Shown: in pieces, positions 49,985-62,907 of the stretch
How the letters are laid out: the number at the start of each line of letters is the position of its first letter
Position numbering within the stretch: the first letter of the stretch is position 1
Assembly: GCF_963921235.1 (NCBI RefSeq)
Contig: NC_086097.1
Coordinates: 120,530,001-120,594,000, forward strand
Reading direction: 5' to 3'
DNA from: Mobula hypostoma
Lineage: Eukaryota
Length of the DNA: 64,000 nt
Made by a program: the position numbers and the translations under genes
The notes under the pieces: model-generated
What the model was told of the DNA's origin: nothing
Databases searched by the model: none
Seen by the model: the letters and a program-made list of their open reading frames with translations, nothing else

Positions 49985-50841
49985 TGTTACGTACCCCGTA
50001 ACTGGGTTGCCAAACCAGCAGAAATGGATCACTCAGTTGGAGTCTGGAGTACTAGAACTAAGAAAGTTTTATTAAAGAAACAAGCAACACAGTAATCGAA
50101 AGGATAATAAATGCAACAGTTCAGTGATGATAAACACACATGTGCACAGCATTAAGATAACAGCATCAATCAAGCTCTATCGTTGTCTAGGGGTAAATGA
50201 CCAATTTCAAAATGACTCAAAGTTCAGTCCAGTTAGTAGTTCAGTTCGCAGTAATCGTTGCCATGGCGGTGGACAAGGTGGGGGAAGAGACAGAGAGAAC
50301 AGGAACAACTGATCATTCAGAACGGCTTCACTCACAGATCAGCGAGATTGCTCACAAGCAACTTTTGGGCGGGTCCTTGGTGATGTCACCTGAGGTCACC
50401 GACTGTGACCCCTCCTCCAGATGCGGTCGATCCTCTGCAGTGAACCCGGCACCCAGGCAAGGGCGGACACACACCGGGTTCCCGCTGATCGTACCTTTCC
50501 ACCCTTGTCGTTGTCCGGCACTTCTCACCCACTCGTGAGAGGCGCACCGCTTCCAGGGTCTCGTTACCTCGGGTGGCGTGTGTGTTGTCTTAGCGAACCT
50601 GTCCCTTTTTATCCCCCTGCTGGGGTATCGCCTGTCCATCACTTCAAACAGTTCAGGGTTCAAAGGGGGAGCCGCTCCAGACAGCTCCCTCTCCCACGTC
50701 CCTCCATTACACATCTCCAGACGCTGCTCCATTGTTCCTTATCTCTCCTTCCCCTGAGGGCAGGTGGCAGACCAACTGCTGATGCCACTGATGCTAGCCC
50801 AGGCCAGCAAACATCTTAACTTTATGTGTATTCTCGTAACA
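49985..50841 (-). mobile_element. Solo LTR, 857 bp, 4-bp TSD
   Basis: Termini TGTTACG...CGTAACA; GTGA at 49981-49984 and 50842-50845; CpG-rich; TTTATT near the left end. Confidence 0.88.
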
Positions 50842-51143
50842 GTGATTACAGCTCAACGTTTAAGACAATCATACCCTCAGTTCTAGTCAACAAGTTCCAA
50901 AATCTCAGCCTTTGTAGCTCCCCGTACAACTGGATCCTTGACTTCCTCACCAGTTGATCGCTGTCTGTGCAGATCAGAAATCATATCTCCTCCTTGCTGA
51001 CAAACAACACTGGCGCACTTCAGGGATGTGTGCTTAGTCCACTGCTCTACTCTCTCTACACCCAAAGTTGTGTGGCTTGGCACAGCTCAAACACCATCTA
51101 TAAATTTGTCCACAACACAACTATTATTGGCAGAATTTCAGAT

Positions 51144-51210
51144 ACTTTATACTTTATTGTCACCAAACAATTGATACTAGAACATACAATCATCACAGCG
51201 ATATTTGATT
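51144..51210 (-). mobile_element. 67-bp retroposon tail insertion
   Basis: ACTTTATACTTTATTG (reverse tail) flanked by AGAT at 51140-51143 and 51211-51214; the host reading resumes. Confidence 0.7.
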
Positions 51211-54058
51211 AGATGGTAACAAGGAGGCGTACAGGAGCGAGATAGATCAGCTGGTTGAGTGGTATCACAACAACAATCTTGCATTCAATGTCAGTAAGAC
51301 CAAGGAATTGATTGTGTATTTCAGAAAGGGGAAATTGAGCAAATACACACAGTCCTTACTTGATTATGAGCTCCTGGGTGTCAACATCTCTGAACATCTA
51401 TCCTAGGCCCAACTTATTGTTGCAATTTCAAAGAAGGCATGACAGCAACTATATTTCATCAGCAGTTTAATGAGAATTGGTATTCCACCAAAGACATTCA
51501 AAAATTTCTACAGAAGTACCATGGAGAGCAGCCTAACTAGTTGCATCGCTGTCTGGTATGGAGAGGCCTCTGCATAGGATCGGAAAAAGCTAGCAAAAAT
51601 TGTAAACTCAATCAGCTCCATCATGGGCACTAGACTCACCAGCATGGAGGACTCCTTCAAAAGGCAATGCCTCAAAAAGGCGACATCCATCATTAAGGAA
51701 CCCCATCACCCTGGACATGCCCTCTTCTCATTGGTACTATCAAGGAGGAGGTAGAGGAATAAGGAGTCTGAAGATAAACACTCAATGTTTCAGGAGCAGT
51801 TTTTTCCCTTCTACCATCAGATTTCTGAATGTACGATGAACCCATGAACACTACTTCATTATTTATTTTCTACTTTTGCTCATTCTTGCACTACTTGTTT
51901 AATTTTCTCTATGTAGTAATTCATAGTTTTATTATTATGTATTGCAATATAATGTTGCCTCAAAACCACAAATTTTGCGACATATGACAGTGATATTAAA
52001 CCTGATTCTGATTCTGATTCAGGTTCCTATACCTTCTCCCTGGTGATAGCAATGAGGAGACAGTAAGGATTGGGTGGTGGGGCCCTTTTTGAGGCAACAT
52101 CTTTTGAAGATTTCCTAGATGATGGAGAGTCTACTGCTCATGATGGAGCTGTCTGAGTGCACAAACCTCTGCAGATCTTTTTTTTCCCAATCCCATGCAC
52201 TGGCACTTCCACACCAGACGATGATGCAGCCAGTTAGAATGTTCTTCATGGTACATCTGTAGAAATTTGCTCAAATCTTTGGTGTCATACCAAACCTCTT
52301 TAAGCTCCTAGTGAAACCTAGCTGCTTGCGTGCCTTCTTCATAATTGCATCAATATGTTAGGTCCAGGACAGATTTTCAGAGATGTCGGCACCCAGAACT
52401 GCTCACCCATTCCTCTGCTGACCCCGTGATAAGGACTGACGTGTGTTCTCCCAACTTCCCCTTCCTGAAGTCTACAAGCAATGCTTAAAAAAAAATCCGC
52501 AGGAGGCTGTAATAGGGAAGAGGAGGTCAATTCATTAGGAACCTGTCTTTAAACACACAAAACACCACTGCTTCACCCAACTGGAATTAATTAGCTTCAA
52601 AATGAGGCTTTTTGATGGTTTCAGTACATTTTCTGCTGGTCTGTTACTGCAAAGCTGAGATAATAAGCCACTAATTAAAGGAATTGCACAGCAGACATGA
52701 AAACTAGGAGCAGACGAGATACACTGCATATAAAAGACAAAGCCTGGGCATGGTGCTTCGGCTGCTGCTCCTGATTAGCTCTAATTCAAATAACAATATT
52801 TCACTTCACGCTGAGATACTCTAGAGCAGCTTCTGCCTGTCACACAAGTGAGGGTTTCCGCAGGGAGAATCAAAAGCACGCGCTTTTTCCCTCATTTAAT
52901 TCAGCCGCTGATGTTCGCAGAGCCCAGGAAGAGCAGTCTGGTGGCTCGTACGTATGTTTTTTAATTTGTCAGACTAAGAGAAAAATGGGGAAAAGTGCCA
53001 ACGAAGCGCTAAATTCTCTGGTGGCATTAATTCCATCAGCCTGTCACCACCAGGCAGTAATTAACTGGAGGAGCTTCAGAGCCTTAGACTATGCAAATTA
53101 CTTGTGCGCTCTGGCCAGTTGTCTCTGATCTAATATGAAAAAGTATATTCTGATCATTTACAGCAACTTAATTTCAAGTGCCATTTGTTCAGCACTTTTC
53201 CCACAGTAATTGAATCATTATAGATAAATCCCAACTCTTCATCTTTTATATAACCTTCACAAACACACTGTCTGGGGCTGCTGAAAAGAAATAAGCAGGA
53301 AAAGATGCACAGGGCTCATAACAGCCAAAACCTCACATGATTTGAATATAGCCTTTCTAATTTATGTTGTAATGAGCCAATAATTCGTCTCCACATGCTA
53401 TGGGATTGCATAGCCTTCTACAATCTGCAATGGTGTGGGAGGGGTGAGCATTCACACACACAGCTTCAGAATAAGACACCATCCAGCGTAATCTGGGGTC
53501 ACTTTGCCTTTAATAATTTACCAGCGAAAGATTTTTGATGACACGGTGAGATAGAATGTTATTCTTTTTTGTCGCTGTTATAGTGTCCTACATACTGGGG
53601 TAAACAGCATGTCCAGGGAGGGGCGGCACCTTTGGTGAAGGAGCTAGTTGTGTCCACCCTGGGGCACCTCACCCACCTTTTCGGTTCCCACTGGACACTC
53701 AGCTCTCAGTTATGGCTTCAACTGAGTGTGCGATAGCAGCCACACCCCGTCACACTGCTTTGACAGGCAGCTGAAAGAGGCGAATGTGGCCGGCAGTCCT
53801 CATAATCCAGTGAGATAAGGGAATGTGTTCCTGTTCCTTCTCCCACACGTACACAGAGCAAAGCAGAGTCACGATGATGCTGTCAGTGTGCAAACGTGCC
53901 TCTCCACAAAACATTTCACCTTGGATATTCTTTGAAGCTTTGTGATTTGCAACACTCAATATAGGAAAACCTAGTTGGCTTTATCTTCTGTATATTATTA
54001 ACTTAATATAATTTAAAAGCATTAGTGGGATGACATACAGAACTAGTTTGATGCTTTT

Positions 54059-55640
54059 CAAGATGGCGGTGCACCCAGTCACAATGACTAATGGTGTAAT
54101 TGTTTGCCCTTTACATTTTTCTTATGATTGCAAGACACTGCTGGATATTAAGAACACCAGGTACTGCAAGTCAACCTCACTGGCGAGTTGCTGAGTTGCA
54201 GAGGAGCTGCACAGCACGAGCTTTTTGCAGACAGTGTCATCGCCTGCTACAGCCACCCAAGAGAAGAAGGTTTTGGAAGTGGTGCATGAGGATACAGAAG
54301 CACCGAAAGCAAGCTGGTATTTGTGTCAGACCAAAGGTGAAACCCTGCAGGCTGGCTCTTCTATCGATTCTACTTTCAAATGTTCAATCACTAGCAGGTA
54401 AACTAGATAACCTGAATCAGCATGAGATGAACAACTACTGCACACTCATCCTGATGGAAGTGTGGCTCCGGGATATCACCCCTGAAGCAGTTATCCAGCT
54501 TGAAGGTTTTTATCTCTGTTCAGGTGGATAAAAATGCTGCGAGATCCAGTAAGACCCACGGAGGAGGGACTGTGTATCTACGTTAATGAGAACTGGTGTG
54601 GGAACACTTTGGTAGTGACGACTCACTGTTCATTTCTGGTAGAGTTCTTAATGATGATGTTCAGGCCTTTCCATTTACCCAGTGAGTTCACAGCCATTGT
54701 GACTGTGGCTGCATACATTTTCCCCCTCATGCTGGTTGGGTGCTGAGAGACTGTTCAGCCCAGTTACCAGAGGTTCTAATAGATACCTTCAGCATTTCTA
54801 AGGAACAGTCCACTGTTTCCATATGGTTTGAGGCAGCTACCATCATCCTGGTGACCAAGAGGATGAAGGTAACATGCCTTAATGACTCCTGTCCGGTGGC
54901 ACTGACCTCAACATTAATAAGATTCTCTGAACGGCTGGTTATGGAGCGCATTATGTCTCTTCCAGTTCGTTTATCACTCAAAATCGTCCACTGACAACGC
55001 CATAGTCTCTGATCTCCATTCTGTCCTGTACCACTGGAAAATGGTGCCTCATACACCAGGATGCTGTTTATCGACTTCAGCTCAGCATTTAACATGATCA
55101 TCACTCAGAAGCTGATGGGTAGACTGTTCTGGTTGGACCTCGACACCCCTTTCAGTAATTGGATCTTGGACTTCTTGACTCCATTTTTACACTGTGTTGG
55201 GTGTCTCTCTTCCTCCCACTGAAAATAGTTATCAGGGATGCTGCATACTCAGGGCCCTCAGTATTGGCAAGGATCCCTCCCATCCATCCCACAACCTTGT
55301 TGACCCTGCCCCTCTACCATCAGGCAGGAGGTACAGTAATATTAGGACAAGAATTGTTAAGATGGGAAACAGCTTCAGGCCATGAAACTACTGAACTCCC
55401 TGCTACCACCCAGATCTCATCACTTATGAAGCACCAGTGGGGCCAGTCTGCTTACATTTTAACGTATGTCATAAATGTACCATATGCTAAATGTCAATAT
55501 TTTGGAATATATTTTATTATTTGTGAACTTATTTGTAGTAATAGTATTCTATGTGTGTGTGGAGTTACTGTGTTCTGCAACTTAGTTCAGAGGAACATTG
55601 TGTCGTTCGGTGGTATATATGTATAACTTGAACCTGAAAT
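54059..55640 (+). mobile_element. Internally deleted Rex1/Babar-type LINE retaining 5' end and APE endonuclease remnant
   Basis: 5' CAAGATGGCG; SILLSNVQSL...EVWL...LEGF; GLCIYVNENWC; then [22 protein letters not shown] and LPSGRRY. Confidence 0.8.
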
Positions 55641-57121
55641 TCACAGTACATACCTCTTGTCATTGCCACAGATAGATATGCAACCCAGGTGATTGGGTAT
55701 ATTTAAAGCAGACATTGATAGGTTCTTAACTAGTAGAGGTGTCACAGGTTTATGGGAAAAAGCAGGAGAAAGGGATTGAGAGGGAAAATAAACTTCCCGT
55801 GATCGAAAGGTGGAGCAGACTCGATGGGCCCAAAGACCTAACTCTGCTCCGATATCTTATGGCTTTTATAAAGTCCGCTCTGGTGGACTGGGCAGATGAG
55901 ATCATCAGTGAGGTCCAACAGCTGGAAGGTGGATTTGCAAAGCTTCCTGGAGAGTGAAGGGCCCGACAAAACTCTGAGGAATTCAAGGTCATCCACTGCA
56001 TCCAAGGAAGACCCCTCGACTACACGCACCACTGGATCCGGACTTTTGAGGTCAAGAGAGTGGAACTATCTCATTGTAATGGTTTTTCCACTTTAAAAAC
56101 GCCCCCGCACAGGTTTCAAAAACATCATCACAGAACAAGCGATCATTGTTGAAAGTAATTGTTTTCAATTTGAAATCACAGCAATTTGAATATGCAAGAA
56201 CGTAGGTAGTGGACTCAGCTCAGTACATCACAGACACAGCCCTATCCACCATCAGTAGTGTCTGCAGGAGGCAACATCAGCCATCAAAGATCACTATCAT
56301 CCGGACCATGCCATCTTCTTGTAGCTACTGTCGGACAGGAGCCTGAAGCCACACAGCACCAGGTTTAAGAACAGCTACTTCCTTTCAACCATTCAGTTCA
56401 TGAACCAGCCGACAAAACCCTAATCATGACGGTTTAGCCATATCTTTATCACTTTGATCACTCTGCACTAGAAGTGACTTCTTGTTGAGTTATTTTATTC
56501 CGTCTAAAAATCATTTTTTTCTTGAGATTATTTCTTATAATGACACTGTGTCAGCATCAGATTTAATATCATTGATGTATGTCATGAAATTTGTTGTAGC
56601 AGTACATTGCAATGCATAATAATAAAACCTGTAAATTAGAGTAGAATTATATTTAATAAACCGTAAAATTAAATAAATAATGTAAAAAGAGTGGAAAAAA
56701 AATGTAGTGAGGTATTGAGTATGTGCCTATGATACTGCTGCAAATACGTTTGTGATTGCACTTGTGCATATGACAAGAAACCTGATTGACTTCACCCTCA
56801 TGTATAAGTAGGTGCCTACACACAGTTGTTAAGTGTGAAACATCCTGTCTTCCTTTTGCAATGGAATTGATTGGAATGTTATGATTAGCTTCAGCCCTAA
56901 TGCACGAGCCTTTATGAAATGTCTCATAATTTTGCTTTAATTATTAATGAATTAATCATTTTAATTTGAATGCAATTATTTTTGATTGTATGACTTGATA
57001 AGATCGGTTTGAAAAAAAATCATTCACTTTGCATTAAATATTTTTCTGAAAATGAAAGAAGAGTTAGTGGATAGTGTTAAAGAGCTTTTGTTTTGTGCCA
57101 GGTTGAGACTGTTTACATAAC

Positions 57122-57370
57122 TGTTGTGCATTTAATATTTTAGTAATACTTGAGTACTATTGTAAATATGCTGTTGATTAAGCATGTTTATCTGCTTAAA
57201 TAACTCATGATGGGTTATATGTAAAAATACATGAATTGCATACGTCATCACAATACCACATGAAACATGCCTGTCTTGCTTAAAGTAAAGCACAAACTAA
57301 GACTCGCTTCTCTTGGCTCTCGTGTTTTTGTTTGAATTAGTTTCATGTTCTGAAGTTACACAACTTAACA
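57122..57370 (+). mobile_element. Solo LTR, 249 bp, 5-bp TSD, same family as 46252-46482
   Basis: TGTTG...TAACA; ATAAC at 57117-57121 and 57371-57375; homologous to the reverse complement of the 46252 LTR. Confidence 0.88.
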
Positions 57371-57769
57371 ATAACCGTATTTGAAAGACAAGGAGTCCCG
57401 ATGAAGCATCGACTGTTTATTCCTTTCCATCGACGCTGGTGACCTGCTGAGTTCATCCAGCATTTTGTGTGCATTGCTCTGGATTACCAGCAGCTGCAGA
57501 ATATCTCAATTTGTATGTCTTACAATTTTGAAAGACATTTGTTCTTCGGCACTTACATCAACGAATCTGAACAGCTCTAAATAATTGACAAGTAGTCTAC
57601 AGCAACATGCATCACAGAATGTGGTTATAAACAAGAGGTCGTAATTGCTGCCAATGGTGCATCTACTAAGTACTGACTTGAAGGGGGTGAATACTTATGC
57701 AAGTAGTTATTTTATGTTTTATATTTGTAACTAATTTGTATATATATATGGTCACTATTTATTTATAAT

Positions 57770-59159
57770 GGACAAAAAAACAAAGTTATAAGATAGTGTT
57801 TATGGGTTCTTGCAGACCATTCAGGGGGCAGCACGGTAACGTAGTGGTTAGCACAACGCTTTACCGTAAAGGCAACCTGGCTTCAATTCCTGCTTCTGCC
57901 TGTAAGGAGTTTGTGCATTCCCCCTGTGACCGTGTGGGTTTCCTTTGGGTGTGCCGGTTTCCTACCACTGTTCGAAGACACATCGATTGATAAGTTAATT
58001 GGTCGTTGTAAATTGTTGGCTAACATTAAACTGGGGGAATCACTGGGTGGCATAGCTCAAAGGGCCAGAAGGTCCTACTCTGCATTTTTTATCAACAAAA
58101 GTGGAGAGAGGAAGAAGCTGTTCCTAAAATGTTGAGTGTGCATCTTCAGGTTTCTGTATATCCTCCTTGATGGTAGTAATGAGAAGAGGGCATGTTCTGG
58201 ATAGTGAGGGTCCTGAAGATGTCGTTAATGGTGGGGAGGCTATTGACCATTATGGAGCTGGCTGTGTTTATTACTTTCTGCAGCTTTTGACCAATCCTGT
58301 GCATTGGTACCTCCATGCCAAATTTTGATGCAACCAATCAGAATGCACTTTACTTCAGTAGAAATTTGTCTGTACAAATTCCTCATGAAATGTAGCTTTT
58401 GGGGTGCCTTCTTTGTAACTGCATTGGGACTCTGAGTAGATCTTGAGATGTTGACAGTCAGGAACTTAACGCTGCTCACTCTTTCCACTGCTGACACCTC
58501 AATTAGAACTGCTGTATATTCTCTTGGATTTCCTCTTCTTGAAGACCATAATCAATTCCTTGGTCTTGCTGGCAGTGTCTGAAAAGTTGCTGTTGTGACA
58601 CCACTCAACCAATAGTCTATAACACGTCTGCATGCTTCTTCATCACCATCTGAGATTCAGCCAACAACAGTTGTGTCATTCTTGAATTTATAGATGGCAT
58701 GTCTATGAGAGCAAGATGACCTGCCTCAGCGACTACCTGCTGTAATAATGTACTTTCAGAGGTTGGTCATGGCTAGAATTAACTCCTGGCAGAGCAAGGA
58801 CCTGGACCCAACACAATTTGTCCACCAGCACAATAGGTCTACAGCAGCTGCATTCTCACTGACCCTCCATCTGGCCTTGCACCTCATGGACAACAGCAAT
58901 CCCTACAGTACGTCAGGCTGCTCAGCATTTAACATAACCATACCCTCAGTATTATTCAACCAGTTTAAAAACTTGGGCTTCTGTACTTCCCTCTGCAACT
59001 GGGTTCTTGACTTCCTCACTGGGGAAATACAGTTACTGAGATCAGAAATAAGATCTCCTCCTCACTGACAATTGAATCAGCTGCACATCCAGGATGCATG
59101 GTTAGCCTACTGCTCTACTCTTTCTACACTCATGACTGTGAGGCTGGGAACAGCTCAAA
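57770..59159 (-). mobile_element. Rex1/Babar-type LINE with inverted 5' segment (58705-59159 on +)
   Basis: Minus part begins at AIYKF (58700); the plus part runs from TCL.DY to HDC...SS and ends at 59159. Confidence 0.8.
57824..58095 (+). mobile_element. V-SINE nested in LINE 3' UTR
   Basis: GGGGGCAGCACGGTAACGTAGTGGTTAGC head and GTGGGTTTCCTTTGGGTGTGCCGGTTTCCT V-domain. Confidence 0.85.
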
Positions 59160-59484
59160 GTTTCAGCAAATGTTTGATGGTTGCCACAGACAGTGCTCTG
59201 AAGGGTTCGTTTCTCTACTGTATAACTCCGTGGTGCTAAATTGACATCACAGGTTAGACAGAGGAGAAAATGATCAAAGCGGAACTGATTCCCAACAGTG
59301 ACTACAATTAGATGGGAGATATAAATAAAGAAGAAAATATAATTGGCTGTAAAACTGTGAGCATTTAACTCAGTAACTGTGAGGAAGTTTGCAACACCTA
59401 AACAAGAGTGTGTGAAATGTGTGTGCACTATTTGCAATTTTGCAGCATTTATATTGATGTAAGGTAGATTAGCACAACTGATAA

Positions 59485-60100
59485 ACACAACACAGTCTGC
59501 AGATGCTGGAAAATACAAAGCAACACATACAAAATGCTAGAAGAACTCAGCAGGTCAGGAAGCATCTATGGAACTGAATAAACAGTTGATGTTTTGGGCT
59601 GAGACCCTTCTTCAGGGCTGCAAATGAAGGAGGAAGTCTCCAGAATGAAAAAAATGTTGGAGGGAGGGAAGGAGGCTAGCGAGAAGGTGATAGGTGAAGC
59701 CAAGTGGGTGAGAAAGGTAAAGGGCTGGCGAAGAAGGAATCTAATAGGAGAGATTAGTGGACCATAGAAGAACGGGACCCAGGGGGAAGTGATAGGCAGG
59801 TGAGAAGACCTAAAACATCAGAGTGGGGAATAGAAGAAGAGGGGACATGGAGGGGAAAACCTTATACCAGAAGAAGAAATCAATATTCATGCCATCAGGT
59901 TGGAGGCTACCCAGACAGAATGTAAGGTGTTGCTCCTTCACCTTGAGGCTGGTCTCATCTTAGCTCAAGAGGATGCCATGGACCAACATGTCAGAACAGG
60001 AATGGGAATTTGAATTACAATGATTGACCACCAAGAAGTTCCACTTATGGCAGATGTAGCAGGGGTGCTTGATGAAACGGTCCCCCAATTTACGACAGGT
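59485..60100 (-). mobile_element. Penelope-like element 3' part: GIY-YIG endonuclease C-terminus, UTR, hammerhead-bearing terminus
   Basis: Minus translation TCRKLGDRFIKH...VVNHCNSNSHS.SD...KEQHLTFCLGSLQPDGMNIDF; hammerhead remnant CUGAAGA...AAAAC at 59585-59620. Confidence 0.88.
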
Positions 60101-60770
60101 TGATGTTGTGCACATGGACTTCAATCAGGCCTTTAACAAAACCCCACATAGAAGACTGGTCCCAAAACTTGATGCCCCTTAAGATCCAGGGTAGTATGCA
60201 AATTGGGTTTAAAGTTAATGAGGTGATAAGAGGTGATAATGAGGCGTTAATGGCTGAGGGTTGTTAATGTGTATGACACTGGGTTATGCCAGCGATGAAC
60301 CTTAGCGTTCAGTGCTGGGGACCTTCCTATTTGTGATGTGAGTGTAAGAGGTGTGATTAGTAAGTCTGCAAATGGCTTGAAAAATGGTGGTGCAAGAGGG
60401 TAGTCTTAAGCTACACAGAATGCTACTGATGATGGCAGAGCAATTGCAAATGGAACTTAAATCTGAAAAATATGAGAGGTGTTGCTGTGTGAATGAAGTC
60501 ACTGGAGAAAAATACTGGTGGACATGAAGCAGTCTCTTTATTCGCCAAAACAAGATACAGCAGGCACCACATTGAGACTCTTTTGGTGGAAAGGTCTTCT
60601 TAGCCCAGTCCTACACAACATTTTAAGTGCTAAAGTTCAAAGAAAAATTCAGGACAACTCAAACAAATCCATATTTTACAATATTTCCTTTAAACTACAC
60701 ACCCCTTTCACAACTCCCTCCTTCAAACCTGGACTACAGACATCTAAATACACACAAAAAACAAATTTAA

Positions 60771-62058
60771 AAACATAGAAACATAGAAAGCCTACAGCAC
60801 AATACAGGCCCTTCGACCTACAAAGCTGTGCCAAACATGTCCTTACCTTAGAACTACCTCGGCTTTCCCAAACCCCTCTATTTTTTCTAAGTTCCATGTA
60901 TCCAACAAGGAGTCCCTCCCCTCCTGTCTTCTCCTATCATTTCGGATCTCTCCCTCCCCCTCTCACTTTCAAATCTCTTAGTATCTCTTCTTTCAGTTAG
61001 TCCTGACGAAGGGTCCCGGCCTGTAACGTCGACTGTACCGCTTCCTATAGATGCTGCCTGGCCTGCTGCGTTCACCAGCATTTTGTATGTGTCTTGCTTG
61101 AATTTCCAGCATCTGCAGACTTCCTCATGTCTGCGGTCTTAAAAAGCCCTATCGTTTCCACCAGTTCTGAATTTCAATCAGCCACCGGCAGCCCATTCCA
61201 CGCACTCACCACTCTGCGTAAAAAGCTTACCCCTGACATCTCCTCTGTACCTACTTCCAAGCACCTTAAAACTATGCACTCCTGTGCTAACCATTTCAGC
61301 CCTGGGGAAAAACCTCTGACTATCCATATGATCAATGCCTCTCATTATCTTGTACCTCTCATTCTTCGTCGCTCCAAAGAGAAAAGGCCGCGTTCACTCA
61401 ACCGATTCTCATAAGGAATGCTCCCCAATCCAGGCAACATCCTTGTAAATCTCCTCTGAACCCTTTCTATGGTTTCCATGTCCTTCCTGTAATGAGGCAA
61501 CCAGAACTGAGCACAGTACTCCAAGTGGGATCTGACCAGGGTCCTATATAGCTGCAACATTACCTCTCGGCTCCTAAATTCAATTCCATGATTGATGAAG
61601 GCCAATATACCGTACGCCTTCTTAACTACAGAGCCAACCTGCGCAGCTGCTTTGAGTGTCCTATGGACTTGGACCCCAAGATCCCTCTGATTCTCCACAC
61701 TGCCAAGAGTCTTGGCATTAATGCTATATTCTGCCATCGTATTTGATCTACCAAAATGAACCACCTCACACTTATCTGGGTTGAACTCTATCTGCCACTT
61801 CTCAGACCAGTTTTACATCCTCTCAATGTCCCGCTATAACCTCTGACAGCCCTCCACACTATCCTCAACACACCCAACTTTTGTGTCATCAGCAAATTTA
61901 CTAACCCATCCCCCACTTCCTCATCCAGGTCACTTAAAAAAATCACAAGGAGTAGGGGTCCCAGAACAGATCCCTGAGGCACACCACTGGTCACCAGCCT
62001 CCATGCAGAATATGACCCATTTATAACCACTCTGCCTTCTGTGGGCAAGCCCGTTCTG
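60771..62058 (-). mobile_element. 5'-truncated CR1 LINE
   Basis: [13 protein letters not shown] and LYRTLVRSHLEYCAQFW; (CATAGAAA)n tail at 60771. Confidence 0.93.
60915..61134 (+). mobile_element. Penelope-like terminus nested in CR1
   Basis: Near-identical to 7950-8082; hammerhead AGUC-CUGACGA-AGGGUCCCGGCCU-GUAACGUC-GACU at 60999-61034 (GAAA mutated). Confidence 0.85.
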
Positions 62059-62907
62059 AATTTCAATCAGCATTGTCTACCCATTGTTCAGAGTTGCATT
62101 TTAGATTTAATCTTCAATGCATATTCAAATCTGAAGGTTTGCTTGCTGAAGTCAGTACTCTAATACTTTACGTCCTAACCCCAAAAACACTCTAACAAAC
62201 CCTTTTCTTGGCTCTCCTAGACAAAATAAATTTGAAGCAGGAAAGCAAGACATTAAGAAGGATCTATGCCCTGCTTTGGAACCATCCCAATTACTTTACA
62301 TGTATCTACATCTACCCTACTATCCATAATGGCTACCTACAAAATGCGAAGAAGAGAGATTGTTGCAGAAGTTTGAACAGCGGTCTTTAGAAATGCAGTA
62401 TTATTCATATCTCTGTTGGCTCTTTCTCTGCTGGCCAATTGCAGCTTAATCACATTCTTTGTCTTCACCCATTTATTCTCTGACAGCTATAAAACTCATT
62501 TTCCAGGGGCACCAGCAAGGTAAATGTATCAGGCTCACAGGACCTCTCATTGATGTACTGGAAGGTGTAGGAGTGGTCTTTATTTGAATGACTGGAAGGA
62601 TCTCTCCCTGGTGGCATCCCTTTCCAAATTGTCCAGTCAATTGCTGGCCTAACCACTGAAAAGGCCAGGCTCATTTGTATTCACTCGCCATTCAGGCTGG
62701 GGGTGACTGCCTTCATATGTCGTGTGCAATCTTTCTCTGTCTGCCATGCTATAGAAGTTGTGGAACCTGATGGCTTTGCTTTAACTTAAGTCCCTTCCCC
62801 AATATCTATTCTATTCTATGCTATTCAACTAATTATCAACTTTCAGCACCAGCCTTCATTAGAAAATACTGTACCCAATACACATTAGCAAGCTATTCAT
62901 GGGTTTC

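Larger units (their letters stand above)
49315..52020 (+). mobile_element. Decayed Rex1/Babar-type LINE hosting two nested insertions
   Basis: [31 protein letters not shown]; (GATTCT)n tail near 52020. Confidence 0.88.

Noticed and set aside
50197..50819. Overlapping 113-132 aa ORFs
   Set aside because: They lie inside a GC-rich solo LTR and have no protein motifs.
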